Below are positions 21,810-29,506 of a stretch of 64,000 nucleotides of DNA, piece after piece. Origin of the DNA: an uncultured Pseudomonadales bacterium (GTDB lineage Bacteria > Pseudomonadota > Gammaproteobacteria > Pseudomonadales > Balneatricaceae); assembly GCA_943787595.1 (NCBI GenBank), contig CALSNA010000002.1, positions 310,467 to 374,466 of the forward strand. The letters are read 5' to 3'. Below the pieces are notes generated by a model, which saw only the letters and a program-made list of their open reading frames with translations, searched no databases and was not told the DNA's origin. How positions within the stretch are numbered: the first letter of the stretch is position 1; each line of letters starts with the position of its first letter. The position numbers and the translations under genes are program-made.

Positions 21810-22356
21810 TACTGAATAGCAAACCGGGATATGGCGGGGCACCCATACAATATCCGCCCTTCTAAATCCAGAGCATCCCGATATTCTATCTTGCAGATCA
21901 CCACCAGTACTTCCAGAATAGAGATGTTGGTAATTAGGAAATGCCCAATATAAGGGAGCACATCGGCCTCCAGTGAGATCCAGACCCTTTGGACATGACC
22001 CTGGCTCCAGCAGCACTATTTATGCTGCCAACATTCTCTGGTCTGATGCCAGAAGGAATTTTCAGCAGTGCGTCTGGTAATATGATGTTACTTTATCTCT
22101 GCGGGATCTCTGCGGAGTCCAGCTGATTGCTCAGGTTGAGCCGGGCCTGATCTCTTGCAGTTCTGGCCGGAGCCAGTGACACTTCAGGGTACACGCCCAG
22201 AGCCAGGGTTTTTTTCTTGCCAGCAAAGCAGTATTTTAGTCGCCAGTATCGGGAGCAGTTGAGTTGTACCAGCAGGTGCAGGCCAGCGCTATCGGCCAGT
22301 TTATAGGGTTTGTCTTTGGGCCAGGCCTGTTTAACGGTGGTATTGGGCAGTGGCAT
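21810..22356 (-). pseudogene. Truncated, frameshifted P4-type tyrosine integrase (N-terminal part only)
   Basis: ORF 22093-22356 (MPLPNTTVKQAWPKDKPYKLADSAGLHLLVQLNCSRYWRLKYCFAGKKKTLALGVYPEVSL...) is near-identical to the N-terminus of the intact integrase at 34963-36180. DNA homology continues to about 21810 in broken frames. The catalytic C-terminal domain is absent. Confidence 0.85.
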
Positions 22357-22506
22357 TGGGGGTACATTTATGGAGCCATGTTATTCGTACCCCAAATACC
22401 CATGGATGACAATAGACACTAGTGGACAGTAATAAAAGAATATCCAAAAAAAATCCCGTAAAAACGGGACTTTATGGACGATTATGGATGCTACTGGTTT
22501 TTAATT

Positions 22507-22521
22507 TGGTGCCCAAGAGAG
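22507..22521 (-). other. attL-like partial copy of the tRNA-Leu 3' end (left junction of the intact island)
   Basis: TGGTGCCCAAGAGAG here versus TGGTGCCCAGGAGAG at 36343-36357 inside the tRNA (14 of 15). Similarity stops abruptly at 22521/22522. Confidence 0.75.
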
Positions 22522-22582
22522 CACACACAAGTAGATATTAATGTGCTGATTTATATGATTATTTATATTTTAATATAAATTT

Positions 22583-22604
22583 ATACCCCCAAAAATACCC
22601 CCAA
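22583..22604. repeat. ATACCCCCAA direct repeats (candidate integrase arm-type sites, left arm)
   Basis: TTATACCCCCAAAAATACCCCCAATT lies about 60-100 nt inside the left junction. The same motif recurs at 36211-36240 next to int. Confidence 0.5.
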
Positions 22605-22722
22605 TTAATATGGCAATTATAGCTGATGGGATGGTTATTGATGCTTAATCATCCAATTTTATATTATATTTGTTTCACTAAACATGTTTGTAACGATATT
22701 ATTGACCCATCATCATTCATGA

Positions 22723-23895
22723 TTAAGTGTATGGCACTACTTGATGTGAAATTGTAGGCAAATCGCATTGAACATCAGAATCTAACACTACAACTGAAGC
22801 ATATTTTGCTCTTGTTATCCCAACATAAAATTTTGCTCTGGCTTCATCTGTCAGTTTTGACTCCATATCTTTAATCCATTCGACCATAGGCTTGGTCGGG
22901 TATAGTAATACATTATCATATGTTTTACCTTTTGAATCTCCATAAGTAGACACGGGAAAATCATCTTCAACACTTACATTTGAACTCCATCTTAGTTGTG
23001 TTACATCTCTACTCATTAGAAACTTTCTTATATTTTTAGGAGCAATCCTAAATACTCCCTTCTCAACATTCTGATTACCTTGGCATGCGATACAGTCACA
23101 TGGTTCAGTCTTTGGAAAGTTTCCATATATTAAAGAGGAGTAGTTGCATATTACTTTAGGATTTCTATGTGAATACTTTAGTGTTTCTGTATCCACCTCA
23201 CAACTTATTCGTTTACCAAGCTCATTTTCAATGAATTTTTGCACATTACCAGAACCATATTTTTTATATTTTCGTGAGAAATGAGTTTTATACGTTACTT
23301 GTCTAGGATCACCAACAAGTGTTAGCGATATATTTGAACACAGAAGAAGCTTGATAATATCAAGATCATAACCAACCATATCTTGAACTTCATCTATGAA
23401 TATATAGTCATAGATTTTTTCAAGTCTTCTAATTAACTTTTCGTTAGACACCCTATTTACCTCTAACGAAAATATGGAAATTTTATCTGAATATATCTTC
23501 CTATCAGATGTAAAGTAGTATTTTATCGGGTTACTTTTACCCCAGTAAATGGTTTGGCCCTTGCTATTTTCTAGCAGCTTACCCTCTGAATTGAACTTTT
23601 CACCAGACTTATTTTTTACCAAATAAAACCCAATATTCCATTTATGGGTCTCAGGTAATAACTGGCTTTGATATGGACGAACCATATGCCTAAGCAGAAA
23701 CGAAAACCATGTTATAACTTCTATAGTTTCAGGGCAGTATCCTTTCCTATATATTAGCTTTGACCTTATTTCTGCTGCGTTTGATTCTGTAAAGGTCGTA
23801 ATTAACACTGGTTTAGGTGAAAGTTTCAATGCCTCATTTACTAGTGTTGTCGTTTTGCCTGCCCCAGCAGCAGCTATGTATAATTTATTACCCAT
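22723..23895 (-). CDS. gajB: Gabija GajB, UvrD/PcrA-like superfamily-1 helicase
   Basis: From MGNKLYIAAAGAGKTT (Walker A), through YIFIDEVQDMVGYD (Walker B/motif II), to YVGITRAKYASVVV (motif VI). The ATG at 23895 overlaps the gajA stop (ATGGGTAA), indicating translational coupling. The ORF-track start 23955 is an upstream extension. Confidence 0.8.
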   Translation of the reverse strand: MGNKLYIAAAGAGKTTTLVNEALKLSPKPVLITTFTESNAAEIRSKLIYRKGYCPETIEVITWFSFLLRHMVRPYQSQLLPETHKWNIGFYLVKNKSGEKFNSEGKLLENSKGQTIYWGKSNPIKYYFTSDRKIYSDKISIFSLEVNRVSNEKLIRRLEKIYDYIFIDEVQDMVGYDLDIIKLLLCSNISLTLVGDPRQVTYKTHFSRKYKKYGSGNVQKFIENELGKRISCEVDTETLKYSHRNPKVICNYSSLIYGNFPKTEPCDCIACQGNQNVEKGVFRIAPKNIRKFLMSRDVTQLRWSSNVSVEDDFPVSTYGDSKGKTYDNVLLYPTKPMVEWIKDMESKLTDEARAKFYVGITRAKYASVVVLDSDVQCDLPTISHQVVPYT

Positions 23896-25510
23896 TGCAC
23901 CAAGAAATTGCATCAGATATATACTTAGGGTACTTGAAACGAATATTAGATTCAAAAATTTTTAGTGCCCACTTGGTCTTATTATTTTTCATATAATTAG
24001 ATACCCACTTATGTTCTGTATGTTGAGTATCCAAGCCTAATTCTTTAATTAGAATCATAATATCATCCTTATTTGCATTAACAAATTGTGGCTCTAACGT
24101 ATTTAATACATCATTATTGTCTGCACAAATTTTTATACATTCACTGTTTAGGTAGGATTCGTACTTTCTGGCTATATTCTTTTCGTAATTCCCATCATTG
24201 TCAGTGATCACACATACGCTTTTACTTAACTTCTCACCAAGCTCTAAAAAGCGCTTAAAGCTTAAACCAACTGAAATCACATCAATTCCGTTTTCAATGG
24301 GCAAGTTGCCATCATTCGAATCCATATAAGCTCGCTGAAATATAAGCTCATCTGAGGCCCCTTCCAGAAGAACAGCCTTTTCACATAAAATCAGTCTTAA
24401 GGTTTGATAACCAGGGAGCTTTTTGAAGAATTCATAGGTGCTTTCACTTAGAGATGATAGCCTACTGACCTTACAATCATGAAGAAGGCTTAAATTCTCT
24501 AGGCCCAATTTATTAGACACGTAACTACTGTGGGTTGAGATGATTAACTGACGATTCTTACATTTTTTAGATATAAGCTTTATAAGCTGATTCAACTTAC
24601 TATGAGATAAATGATTCTCTGGTTCCTCAAGCAGAACGACATTGGATTCTTTACTTTTCTTATGTTCAAGAGCCAAACAGGTTTTAATTATACATTGTTC
24701 TCCTTTGCCTATTTGATGAAAAGGAACATTATCTAGAAATGTTATCAAGCTTGTTTCCCACGAGTTTTGACTTTCCAAATCAACAGAAATACTTAGTTTT
24801 TTTTTGGTTACCTCAGTTTTTTCAGTAATTTTCTTATTAATACCTTTTATTGAATCGTCATCTAAAAAAATCTGTTTTAATTTGCGATAAGCTCGAGAAA
24901 ATCCAACTTTCTCTTCATCATCAAGTTCATTTTTGATAATTCTAGATATATACACATCTGATCCATTGTTATACTTCGTTGAAGTTGAGTCGATTAGAAC
25001 TGATTTAATCGGTATTGATCGACTAACTACTGTTTCACGATTAAATCCTTTCCAGACTACTTGGTAATACTCCATTGGTATTGTTGTTATATTTTCACCA
25101 CTTTCAATCAAAGCTTCATAAGAACGCTTATATCCTTCATCAAACTCTACAGTTAAAGAAACACCTTCAGCTCCTGTTTTTTTATGATTAAAATTTCCTT
25201 CCAAGTTAACATCTGTACAAGAAGAAAAATATAACTCGATAACAAATCTAGGTAGATCTGGATTTTTTCCAGCATCCAAATCAGTTATGAACTTTTCAAT
25301 AATATCATTATTGAATAAATATTGGTTGAGATTATGCCTTAAATATTTGTTTCCAATCATACCTGTTAAAACAAGATTGATTGCTTCTAAGATCGTTGAT
25401 TTACCTGATTCATTATCTCCAACTAATATATTCACACCTTGTTGAAGTGGAAAAGTAAAGCCCCCTTTGAAGACTTTATAATTTTCAATATATAGCTCTT
25501 CAATAAACAT
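23888..25510 (-). CDS. gajA: Gabija GajA, OLD-family ATP-dependent endonuclease (ABC-ATPase plus Toprim)
   Basis: N-terminal MFIEELYIENYKVF...ILVGDNESGKSTILEAINLVL (Walker A). VVLLEEPENHLSH (Walker B/D-loop). C-terminal Toprim AVLLEGASDELIF ... VCVITDNDGN. An OLD nuclease followed by a UvrD-like helicase is the Gabija (class 2 OLD) architecture. Confidence 0.85.
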   Translation of the reverse strand: MFIEELYIENYKVFKGGFTFPLQQGVNILVGDNESGKSTILEAINLVLTGMIGNKYLRHNLNQYLFNNDIIEKFITDLDAGKNPDLPRFVIELYFSSCTDVNLEGNFNHKKTGAEGVSLTVEFDEGYKRSYEALIESGENITTIPMEYYQVVWKGFNRETVVSRSIPIKSVLIDSTSTKYNNGSDVYISRIIKNELDDEEKVGFSRAYRKLKQIFLDDDSIKGINKKITEKTEVTKKKLSISVDLESQNSWETSLITFLDNVPFHQIGKGEQCIIKTCLALEHKKSKESNVVLLEEPENHLSHSKLNQLIKLISKKCKNRQLIISTHSSYVSNKLGLENLSLLHDCKVSRLSSLSESTYEFFKKLPGYQTLRLILCEKAVLLEGASDELIFQRAYMDSNDGNLPIENGIDVISVGLSFKRFLELGEKLSKSVCVITDNDGNYEKNIARKYESYLNSECIKICADNNDVLNTLEPQFVNANKDDIMILIKELGLDTQHTEHKWVSNYMKNNKTKWALKIFESNIRFKYPKYISDAISWCNG

Positions 25511-25699
25511 AATACTCCTATATTGTCTCTTCGTATCATAACCATTGTGTAGAAAAGGATTCCATCTAAAACACTACTCTTTCCACAATAATTAGGTCCA
25601 ACCAATGTAACGATACACTTAGGTTCATTACCCAAGTGTATCGTTAATTAAAAGCATATTTAATAGCTATTCTTCAGTTTTAGCTCCCTTATTACCAAG

Positions 25700-25863
25700 A
25701 ATTGTAGGGATAACTAATTTAAGTCTTGAGAGAGTCGACGTTTGCGTCCACGGTAGGCATCACGCTACTTGGCTAAAATAATTCCTTTTCTTTGATGTTC
25801 TTTAGTCAGCGCTTGTTCAAATTCAGAAAAATCGCCCATCACGGAAAGCGTTAAATTTGTCAT
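25700..25863 (-). pseudogene. Vestige of a serine recombinase (resolvase/invertase) gene
   Basis: The reverse-strand frame reads (M)TNLTLSVMGDFSEFEQALTKEHQRKGIILAK-stop-RDAYRGRKRRLSQ. This resembles the resolvase helix-E region (..GALAEFER.LI.ER...G...AK..G...GRK..L). There is no catalytic N-terminus. Confidence 0.35.
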
Positions 25864-26079
25864 GAAAGTATCAGGATATAATCTATTATCCCAAAAAAAA
25901 AGTGTCAATAAAGCGAAAGATATATTCTAATCTGAGGAGTTTTGGCAGAATGGCTTGACGTTAATTTGAGATATGCCACATCTTAGTATTAGCTAACCTA
26001 AGTAATCAATATCAAAGCATAAGCCAAAATCAAAGTATGAAAATATGCGTTAAAAGCAATGATGGTTAAGGGCCAGTTC

Positions 26080-26502
26080 TCAGAGTAGCCTGCTTATCGA
26101 ACTAAGTTGGCGAGCGATAATGTTAGGTTTGAATATCCCAACAAGCGTACCAGTAATCTGTTGGTCGATGATGACGTTTTCTATCATGCCAGTGATGTGC
26201 AATATATCGGGTTTGCTGCTTGATTTATAATTGTACCAGGTGCGCCTGCTTATATTTAAATGGGCACAAAACCCAGCTATATGCATAGGTCTGGGCTTAT
26301 TAATGGTTGCTATAGTAATCTTATTTCGATAACAAAAAGCCTTGTGTGCCTGTAGTGGGTTATCTTCAACCCACTCAAAATAGTTAACCGCTGCACTCCA
26401 TAGTTGTTCTGCGCTTTCATACTTCTTTTTTGGACCTGCTGGCATAGTTCTAAGCATCCATAGCTTATTACCTTTTTTAAATGAAGTTGAAGATTTACCC
26501 AT
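26080..26502 (-). CDS. Small terminase subunit-like DNA-packaging protein (P22 gp3-type)
   Basis: KKGNKLWMLRTMPAGPKKKYESAEQLWSAAVNYFEWVEDNPLQAHKAF resembles the N-terminal half of P22 gp3-type TerS as I recall it (KGN.FW...P.KFESPE.LW.A..EYFEWVE.NPL). 140 aa. Confidence 0.6.
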   Translation of the reverse strand: MGKSSTSFKKGNKLWMLRTMPAGPKKKYESAEQLWSAAVNYFEWVEDNPLQAHKAFCYRNKITIATINKPRPMHIAGFCAHLNISRRTWYNYKSSSKPDILHITGMIENVIIDQQITGTLVGIFKPNIIARQLSSISRLL

Positions 26503-26642
26503 ATTGTTAATCCTAAATACATCAGACTAATTTGCTACAAAGCTTTCTCCAATAAAAGCCATACTAAACAAACACTTAAGATTCTAACATAAATATTTTA
26601 ATGTCGGAGGTATTTATCTCAAAGCAGCATATTACCAAATGC

Positions 26643-26668
26643 AAAAAAGAGCCACCAAATAAGCAGCT
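26643..26668 (-). terminator. Candidate intrinsic terminator after the C39 gene
   Basis: The reverse strand reads AGCTGC-TTATTTG-GTGGCT followed by CTTTTTTGC. The stem is 6 bp including two G-U pairs, followed by a T6 run. It lies 33 nt downstream of the C39 stop. The stem is weak. Confidence 0.35.
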
Positions 26669-26700
26669 CAAAGGCTAGGTTTACTAGCTAAGTGTGTTCT

Positions 26701-27318
26701 TTATCTGAGGGCTAGGGGCAATGTTGGCAGACTGCTTACTACAGGAGACTTAAAAAAGTCATTATTTGTGGTTGTATGGCCGTTTGGCACAATCACTAAA
26801 GCCTTCCCTTTTAGCGTATCTTTTACTTGCCATAGCTCATTGAATTGATGAACCGTGAATGTCCTGTTCCCCCACGATGGGTCTGCCAATGAAACGTGTG
26901 TATTGCTGATACCCTTTAGCACTGAAAAATGGTCGTTGTCTCGATATTTGAGGTAGAGCAATGCCGGTATTTTGATCTTCTTCAGGGTGTCAAAATCAAT
27001 GGATAGTCCAACTGCATTAAAGCCAAACTTTGTTGCTGCTTGTTTTAAATCTGAGAATGAAGCCGTATTGTCATTTGCTATTTCGTTAACAATCTTGATT
27101 ATGTCTCTTTCGTAGACTTCAGCACCATAATAGAATCGTAGAATGGTAGCCAAGGCAGCCGAACCGCAAGACTCGTCAAGGTCTTGTTTCTCGATCTTTT
27201 GATCTCTAATTGATTTCCAAGATTGAATAGTATTATGTATGGGCGTAGACGATATTAGGTTGTATGCCTTAATCTGGCTGGATAGCAGTAGTAGTATTAA
27301 AGCGACATATCTAGTCAT
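26701..27318 (-). CDS. Free-standing, signal-peptide-bearing C39-family cysteine peptidase (predicted periplasmic)
   Basis: Sec-type N-terminus MTRYVALILLLLSSQIKA. C39 catalytic motifs: Q-x5-C (KQDLDESCGSAALATILRFYYG), His (NDHFSVLKGI) and Asp (SLADPSWGNRTF). There is no fused or adjacent ABC transporter. Confidence 0.8.
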   Translation of the reverse strand: MTRYVALILLLLSSQIKAYNLISSTPIHNTIQSWKSIRDQKIEKQDLDESCGSAALATILRFYYGAEVYERDIIKIVNEIANDNTASFSDLKQAATKFGFNAVGLSIDFDTLKKIKIPALLYLKYRDNDHFSVLKGISNTHVSLADPSWGNRTFTVHQFNELWQVKDTLKGKALVIVPNGHTTTNNDFFKSPVVSSLPTLPLALR

Positions 27319-27617
27319 TGTTGTTGATCTGGTGGGTAAATTATTGTGTCCATACCAGCAGGGAACATAAATGATAATAAGCCAGGTTTAGTTAATGTCA
27401 CTCCAACTCTTATTGCAGGCGGTTCACCATCATAATGACAATCTGCTACTACCCCACCAATTCCCTCTACCTCATAATCGAATAAACAGTACAGTGATGT
27501 TTTTTCTAAATTTCTTTTCATTTCTGAGTAGGGTATTGATTCAGCTTTTTTTAATGCGTCAGACAATACTTGTCTTTCTTCACTAGTTAGTTTTTCTAAT
27601 CTACTTCCATAACTCAT
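27315..27617 (-). CDS. Hypothetical 100-aa cytoplasmic protein (no recognisable motif)
   Basis: Intact ORF with no signal peptide or TM segment. Its stop overlaps the C39 start (ATGA, 27315-27318), indicating translational coupling. Confidence 0.6.
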   Translation of the reverse strand: MSYGSRLEKLTSEERQVLSDALKKAESIPYSEMKRNLEKTSLYCLFDYEVEGIGGVVADCHYDGEPPAIRVGVTLTKPGLLSFMFPAGMDTIIYPPDQQQ

Positions 27618-27637
27618 AGCATCAATCTATATTAATT

Positions 27638-27675
27638 ATTGCCGACCTATATCCATTCTAATATAAATCGGCAAT
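27638..27675 (-). other. Hairpin directly after the 115-aa gene (possible attenuator or RNA-stabilising stem)
   Basis: ATTGCCGA (27638-27645) and TCGGCAAT (27668-27675) form an 8-bp perfect inverted repeat with a 22-nt loop. It starts 8 nt after the stop at 27683. No T-run follows. Confidence 0.35.
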
Positions 27676-27682
27676 GTAAGTT

Positions 27683-28030
27683 TTACCTCCAGAGCGCTAT
27701 ACGGCGATGTCGTTGTGATCCCTTTACACCTACTCTATAAGTAGTTAGCTGGAGATGTGTTCTTCTACCTTGAAGCAGCCCACTTGTAAAGTTATGGTGT
27801 GCAGAATGATAACCAAAAACGTAACCACGACTACCAAATCTAAAATGTCGATTCCAGTAGTCGCCCTTGGTGCTATCCATTTCTTGAGGCGTTAGCAGCT
27901 CAATCTGGCTTATATCGGCAGAACTACCGAAGGCATAAGCTAGACTATCATTGGCACTATTGGCCATTGCCGCATGACTGCCAAACACAGTCATTAGCAT
28001 GGTTAATAGTACAATTTTAATGTGTTTCAT
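27683..28030 (-). CDS. Sec-exported 115-aa protein: signal peptide, acidic pro-region with a double-glycine-leader-like motif, and a highly basic, aromatic 58-59-aa C-terminal part
   Basis: MKHIKIVLLTMLMTVFGSHAAMA / NSANDSLAYAFGSSADISQIELLTPQEMDSTKGD / YWNRHFRFGSRGYVFGYHSAHHNFTSGLLQGRRTHLQLTTYRVGVKGSQRHRRIALWR. I recognise no family. Confidence 0.65.
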   Translation of the reverse strand: MKHIKIVLLTMLMTVFGSHAAMANSANDSLAYAFGSSADISQIELLTPQEMDSTKGDYWNRHFRFGSRGYVFGYHSAHHNFTSGLLQGRRTHLQLTTYRVGVKGSQRHRRIALWR

Positions 28031-28101
28031 AATTGAAGATCCTTTATAATATCTCTCGATTAATTTGGTGTTAATCTATGTTTTTATGAGTTAATCACCT
28101 C

Positions 28102-28746
28102 CTATGGGTTTAGCTTGTGAAGCCATTTCAGACTGATGTTAGAACCTGTATAGTCGCTAATATCGGTCTGAACCTTTAAATTCAATGTCCTTTCTTCGCT
28201 CACTGAATAAACTATGCCCAGCTCTAGTTGTGTCTGTGATGCGCGAGTGCTATTTTCACTGGATTGAATGAAGTTAAGATTTAAGCCAGCACTTAGGCTA
28301 ATTTCATTGTTCACAGCAAAGCCAAGGGCTGGATTGATAAACCATAAGTCATTAGTGGTTGATCTTTGAATGCCTGTTGTAGTCGATAACACTATGGGAT
28401 CACTACTTAGATAAGCTGTTAAGCCGACCATCTTAGTTTTTGTTTTGGATAGCTCCGCAAATCCCAGTAAGGCAGTTGTGTTACTACCAGAGAATAACTT
28501 GCTGTTGATTCCAATAGTTGCATTGTCTCCATTGGTGGCACGTGCATACGCTTCCGTATTGTTCGTTAGTCCATAGCGTATACCTAGAGCCTGACTCGTA
28601 TTGTTCGCGCTGTAAGCGTTAAAATAGTCCGCACTCAGCTCTATAGTTAAATCATTCTTATCAGGTAGAACATCTATTTCCAAGGGTAAATCGGCCATAG
28701 CATGGCTTGATATAGCCAGTAGTAAAATATACCTAAGTTTTCTCAT
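28102..28746 (-). CDS. Small outer-membrane beta-barrel protein (about 12 predicted strands)
   Basis: Signal peptide MRKLRYILLLAISSHAMA. Repeated alternating-hydrophobic strands follow (LTIELSADYFNAY, ALGIRYGLT, TALLGFAELS, MVGLTAYLS, LWFINPALGFAV, ISLSAGLNLNFI, QLELGIVYSV, LNLKVQTDIS, ISLKWLHKL). Confidence 0.65.
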   Translation of the reverse strand: MRKLRYILLLAISSHAMADLPLEIDVLPDKNDLTIELSADYFNAYSANNTSQALGIRYGLTNNTEAYARATNGDNATIGINSKLFSGSNTTALLGFAELSKTKTKMVGLTAYLSSDPIVLSTTTGIQRSTTNDLWFINPALGFAVNNEISLSAGLNLNFIQSSENSTRASQTQLELGIVYSVSEERTLNLKVQTDISDYTGSNISLKWLHKLNP

Positions 28747-29324
28747 AGGTCACTTTGTCTTGTTGTGTTCTTGTTTTAAAGAAGATACTTACTTCAGCAA
28801 TCCATTGATCCAGGTTTGTGAAGTCATGGCCTCCACCCTGAATACTGATATGTTCGCAATTCGAGTAATAGCCAATTACATCTCGAATAATTAAGCTCGT
28901 CTCCAGTCTGCGCCAGTACCAGTATATTTTGTGGCTTGTTGATCTCTATTGCTTCCGACTCTAGAGACTTGAGCTGTTTAACAGCATGGGGTAAGCCCCA
29001 CTCTGACGGCAATTTACCTAATCCGTTAAGTACGTCTCCCTGCTTTAGAATGGGGCTTTCACTGGGAAACACTGATGGATTAAGCAATACAACCGGAATA
29101 TTCAACTTTTGAGATAGTATAGTCGCATAGAAGCCACCTAATGAATGGCCCACTAGTGCAACACGATCCCCCATATCCTTAATGCGTCCTTTTATGCAGT
29201 CCATAGCATGAAAGGGCATGACAGGGACGCGCATCACCTCAGCTCCCAGGGAGTCAATTAATAAATTTCCTTTTCTACCGTTTGGCCGACCCAGGAAGCC
29301 ATGAAGGTACAATATCTTAATCAT
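28733..29324 (-). pseudogene. YqiA-like alpha/beta-fold serine hydrolase (UPF0227), reading frame broken near 28890
   Basis: MIKILYLHGF ... VALVGHSLGGFYAT (nucleophile elbow) ... LAQTGDEL. In the +1 frame it continues IIRDVIGYYSNCEHISIQGGGHDFTNLDQWI (catalytic His). This is colinear with E. coli YqiA (QQTGDEVLDYRQAVAYY...GGNHAF). The listed ORF 28824-29405 ends prematurely, before the His. The restored frame ends at 28733, overlapping the next gene start by 14 nt. Confidence 0.65.
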
Positions 29325-29506
29325 GGGAATGACCCCCACGACTAAACATTGTAAAGATGATGTTTGTTGATGGTGCATGACTGCAACAAAACCTAGCCGT
29401 TGCAATCAGCAAATTGATATACTCGCTGATAGCCATATCTGATGTCCAATATCAGTGTTTGGTTAGGGTCAGGCAAAAGTTAGCGGCTTTTGCTTGGCCT
29501 GTTTTC

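Larger units (their letters stand above)
21810..22521. repeat. About 0.7-kb degenerate direct repeat of 35640-36357 (integrase 5' part, int-tRNA spacer and tRNA-Leu 3' end)
   Basis: Side-by-side reading shows colinear similarity. For example, CATTGGGGGTACATT.ATG.AGCCATGTTATT.GTACCCCAAATA...AAAAAAAATCCCG.AAAAACGGGA...GACGATTATGGATG.TACTGGTT.TTA.TTTGGTGCCCA.GAGAG occurs at both sites. Confidence 0.85.

Noticed and set aside
25432-25635. 67-aa ORF with a P-loop-like GPNYCGKSSVLD as a real gene
   Set aside because: It lacks the usual N-terminal strand preceding Walker A and overlaps the gajA start out of frame. It degenerates into low-complexity sequence. I treat it as a gene fragment and report it as a scar.
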